A DNA stretch of 64,000 bases from Eledone cirrhosa (Eukaryota). A model generated the notes under the pieces. It ran no database searches and had not been told where the DNA came from. It saw only the letters and a program-made list of their open reading frames with translations. The translations under genes were made by a program, and so were the position numbers. Shown here piece by piece: positions 54,278-64,000 of the stretch. The stretch spans positions 12,586,001-12,650,000 of the forward strand of contig OZ024746.1 in NCBI GenBank assembly GCA_964016885.1, read 5' to 3'. How positions within the stretch are numbered: the stretch's first letter is position 1; each line of letters opens with the position of its first letter.

Positions 54278-54476
54278 CAGTATGGGTTAAAATGTGACGT
54301 TTTAAGGAACTGGCCCAGGGAAAATTGCGTGTGCAATAAGGGCAGCTGAGCTTGTGAGGTGAATCAGCATAAGAATTGCGTTTTTTCTTGAGGGGCTTTT
54401 GTTTGGATTCATCTGATTCTTGGGAAATACGCTCCTTATTATCAATGAGACTGTTAGAATTGTTTTCCTCCAAAAT
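54278..54476 (-). CDS. RREB1: RREB1 exon (..[32 protein letters not shown])
   Basis: FPWASSLxRHxLTHTG signature; tttcag| and G|gttagt sites, phase 0-1. Confidence 0.95.
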
Positions 54477-54864
54477 CTGAAATTAAGAGAACATGTTTGC
54501 TGTGAAAATCAGGCAAAAATAAAATAAATAATCCTGGTTATAAACAAATCAAAATATATCTTAATATTTTAACATCTCTCTTTAACATTATATGTTAACA
54601 GAATTAGATTATATCATTCATTTCTTTTTTCTAACCCGACATCCTTCTCTGTACTCCCCTGTTCTCTACCAAGAATCCAACAATTCATCATACTCAATAT
54701 TAACTGCATTAACTTTATTCAATTATCTTAAATCTTTAAAAATATTGAAAAAGTCATCCCCCCTTCTCTCTCTCCCTTTTCAACTAAGAACTGGAAAAGA
54801 AAAGAAAAAAGAAGAAAAATATCACTACATTTCCTAATCATGCAACTATGAGACTATGATATAA

Positions 54865-55268
54865 ATGTTTCTACTTTTGGCACAAGGCCAGCAATTATCC
54901 TGGTACTTTATTTTAATGACTCCATAAGGATGAAAGACAAAGTTAACCTCGGTGGGATTTGAACTCAGACCATAAAGGGCCATAACTCTTTGCTGCAAAG
55001 CATGGCGTCCAACTCTCTACTGATACTGCCAATCCACCGCGACTATGATATAATGATTTCTAGTATAAGCACAAGGCCAGTAATTTGGGGGGAGAGGAAA
55101 GTCGATTAAATCGACCCCAGTACGTTACTGGTGCTTTATTTTATCGACCCCGTAAGGATGAAAGACAAAGTTAACCTCGGCGGGATTTGAACTCAGACCA
55201 TAAAGGGCCGTAACTCTTTGCTGCAAAGCATGGCGTCCAACTCTCTACTGATACTGCCAATCCACCGC
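54865..55268 (-). mobile_element. Two stacked family A SINEs flanked and separated by GACTATGATATAA
   Basis: Direct repeats at 54852, 55041 and 55269. Confidence 0.85.
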
Positions 55269-56421
55269 GACTATGATATAATGTTGTTAGGTTAGTGGGG
55301 CACTAATGAATAGTGAGTTATGTGAATGGCAAGACAACCTCTCTAGTGTTGGTGCCATAATAAAATGCACCCAATATGCAATAGAAACTATTGGAAAATC
55401 TTTTATCTCTAAAGTTGAGTTTAATAATCTGAAAAATATCAATCTCGTAATTTTATAATGTAAAATCTTTAAAAATCTAGCCATTGATACAGAAATCAGA
55501 TTGATTATCAATCAAAGTCATAAACAGAATAGCTTGCTCGTGGAATTAACATACATTCCACAGACATGATTTTAAACTAGATGATTTTTAGAAATTGGGT
55601 GGCAGGTTCCTAATGTTATCGACCCAGGAAGGACAAAAGGCAAAGTTGACTCTGGCAAGATTCAAACTCAGAACATAAAAGGAAATAATTAGATACAGCA
55701 AGACATTTAATCCATCGCTCTACTGATTCTGTGCCACCCAACAATTATAAAAATAATAACAATAGTATATAATCATAGTAATAATTTTATGTAAACATAA
55801 ATATTTGTTTACATGACTTCCAGTTTTGAATTAATTTTCCACGCTCCAATAGAATAACGCAGCCAAATGAGGATCAGGTCCTTGCCCATTTGTATCCAAC
55901 TCCAGAAGGAAACTAATTTAGAGCCGTCAATTTCTTCCCAGGTGACAACTTCTTCTGCAATGCTCATTTTAAAATATTGCGCAAGATAAAGAATGTCAAC
56001 ATGGAAAGCCCACCTCTCCACGTGTAAGTTACGGAAAAGAAGCAAAGCAGCCTTTCTACTTAGCAATTTGAATCCACACTGGGTGGGTGTCTCTCACACC
56101 TCTCACACAAAGAAATGAAACATGTGTATTCTTAATGTAGTTCTTAGGAAGAGCCAGCAGGACATAGTATGTGACAAGGCTGACCTTTTGAATTACAAGT
56201 AGCACTCATTTTTGCTAGCTGAATGGACTGGAGCAATGTAAAATAAAGTGTTTTGCTGAAGGACACAATGTACCACTGGAAATGAAAGTCACAACTTTAT
56301 GATCATGAGTTGAAAACCCTAGCCACAAAGCCTTCACAAGCAATAAATTAACCACATCATTGTTAAACAGACAAAACAAAAACAATAAATATATCAAAAC
56401 AAAGTATAAAAGTAAACATAC

Positions 56422-56645
56422 CAGGTTCATATTAATGCCATCATTTTCTTCTGGGTCTTGGGGTTCTTCTTTGATTTTCTTAACCAAATCAGTGTCATAT
56501 TCAACTGGGTTCGAGATGTCCTCATGACCATTGACATGGCTAGGTACAATGTCTTCTTCTGATGGATTCATGTATTCTTTGAAAGTATTTGCACCTGCTG
56601 TGTGAATAATCTGCTTTACAGAGGCCAAATCACCATTATCTGAAT
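56422..56645 (-). CDS. RREB1: RREB1 exon (DSDNGDLASVKQII...NMNL); an alternative in-frame acceptor would start the exon at 56639
   Basis: DLAS(V/I)xxII motif of the RREB1 family; phase 1-0; |gtatgt donor. Confidence 0.87.
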
Positions 56646-57212
56646 CTTTTAAAAAGAATTAAAATAATTATTTAATAATTTGAAAGGCAAAATGGATTTT
56701 TTTTTCATTTTCTTATGGCTTAATCAGAAAAGGAAAGGCAGCAGCCTATGAGCTTTCTGAGAGTCTCTGAAACTTTATAGAGATAGTAAGAAGGCAGTAA
56801 CCTATGAGCTTTCTCTGAGACTGGTAAAGGGGAAAAGAGGAAGAAACAAAAACCCCTGGGTTATTGCAGTAAGAAATGGCATATCAGGATTTGAAGTTAT
56901 ACTCTGACTGCAGACTTGGTCAGACTGTACACCTGGCCAGATTGTACACCAAGCTTGACTGTACACTTGGTCTAAACACTTATAACAGAGTGAACTGTGC
57001 TAAAGGTAGGTACCCAAGTGTAAGGTAGCATAATAAACCAGGATAATATTATCTAAAGATAAGGACATAGTAGCCACAGCTGGGATACTTTGGATCATAA
57101 GTCTGCTCAGACAAACATGACTTGGATCAAAACAACACAAACAATTGGCTTCATGCTTAGTCTAAAGAAATGATTTATTATTATTATAATTATCATTATT
57201 ATATCACACCAT

Positions 57213-57499
57213 AAAGTACCAGTAATACACTGGGATAATTGCTGGCCTTGTGCCAAAAGTAGAAACAATTATTATATCACACCATGAATTGGCAGTATCA
57301 GTAGAGTGTTGGACACCATGCTTTGCAGCACAGAGTTACAACCCTTCACGGTCAAAGTTCAAACCCCATCAAGGTTAGCTTTGCCTTTCATTCTTATGGG
57401 GTCAATAAAATAAAGCACCAGTAACACACTGGAGTTGATTTAATCAACTTTCCTTCCCACAAAATTGTTGGCCTTGTGTCTAAATCAGAAACCATTATG
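57213..57499 (+). mobile_element. Partial plus complete family A SINE with triple direct repeat ATATCACACCAT
   Basis: Direct repeats at 57201, 57274 and 57500. Confidence 0.8.
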
Positions 57500-57558
57500 A
57501 TATCACACCATATATTATAATATAATCAAGAACTGAACTTCAGACAAACGATTCTTAC

Positions 57559-57763
57559 CAAAAGAAACAGATGGTGAAATTCTATTACACTCCTGAAAGA
57601 CATATTCTTGAGGACTTTCTCTTAACAGTTTTTCTTGCTGCGGTATAGATGGCAATGCCATGTTATTGTGAAGTTGGTTCATGTGCCACTGGGGATGAAT
57701 ATTTCGCTGAAAATCAAGGCTGCACTTTGAGCGATGTGTACTAGATTCAGTAGCTTTAGAAGC
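57559..57763 (-). CDS. RREB1: RREB1 exon (ASKATESSTHRSKCSLDFQ...RISPSVSF)
   Basis: Hand-translated open frame; tttcag| and G|gtaaga sites; phase 0-1 is required to join the neighbouring exons. Not in the ORF track. Confidence 0.82.
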
Positions 57764-57964
57764 CTGAAAATAAATTTTATTTCATTCAATACTTGAATGT
57801 TGCATTTAACCCAATTGGTACAACTCAGTTAACTTATCTCACAAAATGTAAAAGTAATTATTTAAAAAAATTATTTTTCTGTTTACTGGAGTTTATTATT
57901 TTAATAAACAAATTTTATAAATAATTTCAAAATAGTTTGGAATATAATGTTAAAGTTTGGAATA

Positions 57965-58285
57965 TAATGCTACATGCTGTGACACCTTCTCTAGCAGCAA
58001 CCTAGTGTGTTCAGGTACCAGCCTAGGCTTCACTGCCTGCCAGGATGAAGAGGGAAAATTATCCAAGTATCGACCGCTCTCTGATAGGTTTGTGGTAGAG
58101 CCTGTAGCAGTGGAGACTTCCGGCATTATTGGCCCCTGGCCTACTTCTCTGCTAACTGCTATCGAAACGGAGTTGGCTACTTACAGGTGCAAGCTCTGCG
58201 AGGTGGAGTAGCTGTTCCAGTGCATCTCCTTCGCCGTCCTCCACAGCAATTTATTCTCTATCCTGTCAGCTGGGACTACGAAGTG
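57965..58285 (+). mobile_element. 3' fragment of a CRE-like (restriction-like endonuclease) non-LTR retrotransposon
   Basis: ATCCDTF...KLSKY..L..RFVVEPVAVETSGIIGP ... LFQCISFAVLHSN resembles the CRE-clade endonuclease C-terminus; locally GC-richer than its flanks. Confidence 0.65.
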
Positions 58286-58753
58286 GAGGGTAAATTAGTT
58301 GGAGGTGGGGGATACTTAGAGTTTCTTTCATAAAATCTTGATGGAAGATTTTAAAATAAATATCACTGTCTTCCCAGGCTGGCCAAGAATACAAGCATGC
58401 AAATGGTGAAATGTGGTAGTACTGGTACCACAATAAAATATACACTCACAGCTCAGCCCACACAGGAAGGTGAAAGTGGAGGTGTCATGATAAAATTCAC
58501 CTATTCCAATAAAAGAGTGTGTGTGGTGTATATATATATATATATGATTGTTGTGAAGTGGTTGACATAGTGACAGGCATCCAGCCACAGAAACCATGCC
58601 AAAATGGAATATATGAGCAAGACACAGTCAGCTGACAGACCTGTTTAACTTCAGCATGACAACCTGTCAAACAGATGTAGTGAAGGTGATGGTGAAATAT
58701 AGATTAAGAGGGTTAAAAGAAAAAAATAAATTAAGTAACAAATTAAAACATAC

Positions 58754-59011
58754 TTTTCTGGATGATTTCTTTGATTTTTTCACAGAGAGATCAATAGGTT
58801 CATCAATACCATCATCATCAAGTATAGAACTATTGCCACTAGGGGAGGAGACACTTGAGGGAAAGTTCTTAGATGAACGTAGATCTAGTGGTTTGACATC
58901 AGTGTCAGATGTCAAGTAGGATTGGTTATTGTTAATGCAGGAAGGAACTGGAGAAATTGATGAAGATCTGGGAGAGTTCTTTCCAAAGTTGGACAAAATA
59001 GGATCTTGGAC
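58754..59011 (-). CDS. RREB1: RREB1 exon with CtBP-binding motifs PLDLR and PIDLS
   Basis: ttctag| and |gtatgt sites, phase 0-0; PxDLS motifs are a known RREB1 feature. Confidence 0.9.
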
Positions 59012-60442
59012 CTAGAAATAAATATATATATATATATAATTAAAAGAATAATAATAAACAACACATAAGATTAAAAAGAAAAGTAAGATGAGTTTTATAT
59101 ATATATAGCCAGAACCAGTTCTCGCCCCACCCTTGCAAGCAGGGGAACGTGGACGTAAAATGAAATGATGATATATATACACACACACACACACATACAT
59201 TTATACATAGATAATCATACACACACATATCCATACATGTCATGGCGTCTTCCTATAAATCATGACACTTTATAACTTTAAAAGCTGATCTGAATATATT
59301 TTGCTGATCAAAATAATGTCATCATGGTTAGCTGAGGCTCACTTTGTATGATTGTAGCAAAACAAGGAAACAAGCTTTCATACATCCTTCTAATAACATG
59401 ACTCAGGGTAACACATTTTCCCCTGAACTCTTAATAATAATCTTCAAAATCTCAAATGGTTTTAATAAACTACTTTCAATGAATATAACTTTGTTACAAC
59501 TTCTTAACTTAAAATGTCAATGGTAAAGTATACAAGGACAGGTCTGAAAGGAAACTGATTTGGGCAGAGCAATATCAAACCAGGCTGACCTGTTCCTTTA
59601 CTGAAAACTAAAGTAAGCAGATGATATGAACAGGTTGATTGATTTTGTACAATAGAGTTAATTTACATATTTTAGTAAGAATCAGAAAAGTATATTTATA
59701 GTTTTTAATATAAGCATTCCATCACTATGCCATATTTGGTGGTGCTATAGATCCAGAACTGTGTTAGCCATAAACAAGTGGTGTAAACAATTTGAAAATG
59801 TATTTTTAAATATTTTAGACCATAATGAAAGGGGTGATGTAGATGAAATCAATAATATATTGGCTAAAATGAATGACTTCGCTTCCATGTTTTTCCTTAA
59901 CTGTTTCTATATCATACTGTTTGATGTCTTTCCTTAAACATTCTCTATGCAGAATATAAAGATGCTGCAAAACAAATACCTAAATATGTTTGGTTGACAA
60001 ATACTTGATGAATAGGCTGAGATATATGTATAATGACAATGACTTTAAAAAAGTTTAATTCAAACAACACCATTTTAGAGTTGCTTCATAAACTGGGTTT
60101 CTCATCTTTTAGGTATGAAACTGTTAAAATAATTCAACTTTTCCTGACCATCTCTACAACTTCTGATGCAAACAAAAAATGCTTCTCAATTCTCAATCTT
60201 GGACAGAATTCAATCATTCTTAAGCTGGACAATGACTCAAGGATGGTTGTCTTCATGTTTGTGTTTACATTGAGAAAAAAATATTCGTCAATTCACTAAA
60301 TATTAGAGGAATTTGCTATAAAACTAAGATGTTTAGAATTTCTGTTTAAATGAAATAAGTGTAAAGTTTATGTATCATTACTTTTAGATGTATTTCTAAT
60401 GCAATACAAGGCAAGAAAGAAAGAAATCTTGTAACTTTTCTA

Positions 60443-60542
<100 letters not shown>

Positions 60543-61108
60543 CTATCAGGAAAAATGGACATTAAATGATGATGTGTGTGTGGGTGTATGTAATGGAACA
60601 ACTACATCATCACCATCACCATTGTCCTCTCAATCCTTTGACAAGCTTTCTACAACTGGATGACCATGCTATCACCAACCACTTTACAGGGTGTACTAGG
60701 TGTGTTTTATCATGTCATCAACACTAGATAGGTTGCCATGCCTTTTACACAACTGAATATAAAAAGAGAGTAAGGTTTGCAGAACTGCTCTGAAAGGCCA
60801 CCATCACTATTCTATTTCCACACCTGGGAAAAGAAGGAACGTCTTAACATCCCATTTTTAAAATCCCTTAGAATTCTTAGATTTCATTGCTTATCATCAT
60901 TTAATGTCCATTTTCCACGCTAGCATGAGTTAAACGAGTTGTCCCATTTGAGGCAAGTTGGGTCAGGTGACCATGTCTTGCTCATATAGGACTGTTTCTG
61001 GCTAATTTCTACATCTGGATGCCCTTCCTAATGCTAACCACATCTACAGTGTGCTGGGTGCTTTTTGTCATGACTCCTACACAACCACTTTACAGTGTGT
61101 GCTGGGAG

Positions 61109-61146
<38 letters not shown>

Positions 61147-61454
61147 TATATTAAAGCAATTGATTACTATGAAGACAAATCCCAGATTATATTTCCCATC
61201 ATGTAAAATATATCCACAAGCTATGTATGTGTGGTATTGTGATACTTGTATAGCAATGGAACCAGCATCAGATCTAGATATTAACAAGATTCCATTCAGT
61301 TAGAGTATATCTTCACATATACCCATATCTGAGCAGTTTGGTGAGGAATAAGCTATCGAAAATTATCACATCAAAGAGTATCAATATTACAATGTTTGAT
61401 ACCACCCAATATATATATAGGTAGTCACTATTGCATAGTAATTTAGCCACTTAC

Positions 61455-61764
61455 TATGATATAGTTCTCAATATTAACATGATCGATAGCAGTGTGTTTG
61501 CTTTGAATATGGCGCATACAGTTCGCTTTTGTTGAGAAACCCATTTGACATTCCTTACAGCGGAATGGTTTGTCCTCACTGCTACGATGTTTCCGTAGAT
61601 GGTGCTTAAGATGACGGAAGTACTTAAAATCAATGTTACAGTATTTACATACTGTATCAGGGGAACTGAATGCATCCTCTCCATTCGGCACTTCTTTGCT
61701 ACTTTCCTTGTTATAAGTCACTTTCATCTCCAGCTCTTCTTTTCTATTAATATGATGTTTCTTC
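61455..61764 (-). CDS. RREB1: RREB1 exon with two C2H2 fingers (CKYC..HLRKH; CKECQMGFSTKANCMRHIQSKH)
   Basis: Poly-U + cag| acceptor, |gtaagt donor, phase 2-0. Confidence 0.94.
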
Positions 61765-62433
61765 CTGAAAAAAAAAAAAAAATAATGATTTAGTTTAACG
61801 AGGAAAATAAAAGAAAAAAAGGAAAATGGCAACGCATTAGAATGGGGAACACACACATGTATAAACACACACACACACATATACACAATGTTTATTTTAC
61901 TCTGGCTCTGTACAAGAGGAATATGTAAAATCTAGGTATGGATTAACATGTCCATTTACCATGCCTATAAAAAGTCCGCAGTCCACTCCATGTGATGGTA
62001 GTGTTGGTACCATGACAAAAAGCACCTAGCCCAACCTCTAAGTGGTAGTGCTGGTGCCACAATAAAATGCTCAGCATTAGGAAGTATACATATTAGGAAC
62101 AAATTTAACAGCAATAACAGTAGAAAAGTTAAATAAAAGAAAATGGTTAAGATATATGTAGATATATGTAGTGTGCAAGAGAGAAGACTGTGTTGGTATG
62201 GACAAATGATGTGCATGGATGGTGATTGCTGGGTGTAGAAGTGGCAAGAAATCCCAGTGGAATGAAGCCACAGTAGAGGAAGACCAAAGAAAACCTGGGC
62301 AGAGATGGTGAGAGCTGATCTCAAATTGCTGAAACTCAGTGGAGATGACAAAAAATCAAAAGCGTGGAAAAAACGGATGTAAAAACGATGATGATGCTGA
62401 TAAGTATGTAGTTTAGAGGAAAATCCTGCTTAC

Positions 62434-62611
62434 TTGACATGTCGTTCACAGTTAGCTTTAGTGGTGAAAGGGTACTTGCACATTGTACACTGATAAGGTC
62501 TTTCGCCATTGTGAGTCCTCATGTGTCTTATCAATGTGCTCTTATCTGGACTTGAGTAATTGCAAGACTTACATTGGTATGGAGACAAACCAAGATGACT
62601 TCTTTCATGAC
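62434..62611 (-). CDS. RREB1: RREB1 exon ([59 protein letters not shown]); the gene continues beyond the window end
   Basis: DKxxLIRHxRTHxGERPY and YPFTxKANCERH signatures of RREB1/hnt; tgtag| and AA|gtaagc sites, phase 1-2. Confidence 0.95.
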
Positions 62612-63412
62612 CTACAACATAATGGAACAGCCAAAAATTATTAAACTGTTTTTGTGGCAAATAAAAAGAAATTATTATTGTTGCTATTATATAAGTTGAG
62701 GAAAATTCAGATTATGTATAAATTTGAATTATACCTAAGATTACTTTAATCTAAATGTTCTCTTCGGAGTGTAACATGAAATAATTAAATCGACAAAATA
62801 ATAAGTTGAACTAAAAATAAAATTAAAACTATTTGTTATAGTTTTGAAGTTAATAATTAAGATCACAGGATTGCCATTAACATGTGAGGTATCTCCCTTA
62901 ATTTTAGCCCAAGCATTCAGGAAAGACAAAGTAAAGAAATGAATTTAAATTGTTATAAATAATATAAGCAGTTAAGATTAATTTAATAATAACTTTTCAT
63001 ATTGAAATAGCCGAAGAAATAAATCTGAAGTTTCTTTATATGAAACATTTTAAATGCAAGACATATTTTTTTATACAAAAAATATATATAACAGTAAAAA
63101 TGTAATCATTCCATTATTAAATGCAATGAGCAATCTTTCAAATCTCACAAGTGCAATATGTTTTTATGTTGTTGCTTTCTTTTTGGTGTTGCTTTTTCAA
63201 TCACTAATTGAGGCAAACATATCTAGTTACATACATTTTTAAAAAATTGAAGTCTGTGATATATCAAAATAATGGCAAACTAAAATTTACAATAAAAAAT
63301 ATTCTAAAACTTACAGATTAAATTTACAATAGCTACAATTGAAAATTATTTTTAAAAAGACTTTCAATCACTTTTTTACAAAAATAAAGTAAGCGATTTA
63401 TTAAACAATTTC

Positions 63413-63805
63413 TAATTACTGGCCTTGTGCCTAAAGTAGAAACAGTTGTTTCCACACAGAAGGTAGAGCGTCTGCTGCTTTGCGACATAGAGTTACGGCC
63501 CTTTGCGTTCTGAGTTCAAATCCCGCCGAGGTTAGCTTTGCCTTTCATCCTTACGGGGATCAATATAATTAAGTACCAGTAATACACTGGGGTCAATTTA
63601 AACGACTTTCCCCTCCCCCTCAAATTGATGGCCTTGTGCCTATATAAGAAACCATTATTTCCACACAGTGAGTTCAAATATCACCAAGGTCAACTTCACC
63701 TATCATCTTCCCATATAAAGTACCAGTCAAATACTGGTGTTGGTTTAATTAGCTTTCCCATCCCACCAAAATTACTGGCCTTGTACCTAAAGTAGAAATT
63801 ATTAT
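63413..63805 (+). mobile_element. Cluster of family A SINE pieces separated by TTTCCACACAG direct repeats
   Basis: Direct repeats at 63449 and 63658. Confidence 0.75.
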
Positions 63806-64000
63806 ATCCATGCACAATATATTTACCATTGCCCTGTGTGAGTGAAACACGGTCCTCTGACCGATGATAATGATGATGATATCATTTCCTAGCCAAAAAC
63901 ATGATTTAAGTAACATATTTTGATTCCAAACTATTTCAAGTTCAATTTCTCAAAACTTTCTCAAAACTTTTCTCTCTAGATGATGTTTATATATATATAT

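Overview
AT-rich, intron-containing animal genomic DNA, not prokaryotic. The repeat landscape (a tRNA-derived SINE with (ATT)n tails, kb-long TA/TACA arrays, RTE and R4 LINEs) suggests an octopus or other cephalopod; this is inference only. Two convergent genes can be reconstructed by hand with GT-AG introns and consistent phases. (1) The last four coding exons of an alpha-carbonic anhydrase (+, 929..4683). (2) The last twelve coding exons of the RREB1/hindsight (pebbled) C2H2 zinc-finger gene (-, 62611..34063; about 910 codons, 11 complete fingers, PxDLS CtBP-binding motifs). Between them lies a retrotransposon nest in which LINE copies sit inside (TA)n arrays. It includes an apparently intact ~5-kb CR1-group LINE (12073..17067) with an unusual ORF1 (Myb/SANT-like + polyQ + two CCCH fingers). 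Its ORF2 has no AUG upstream of the first endonuclease motifs and overlaps ORF1 in the -1 frame across two in-frame slippery heptamers (U UUU UUA and A AAA AAC). Four minisatellites are present (41, 34, 42 and 43 bp). The 42-bp array in the last RREB1 intron reads, on the RREB1 sense strand, as repeated PLDLS CtBP-binding motifs. Most long ORFs in the supplied track are artefacts of microsatellites.
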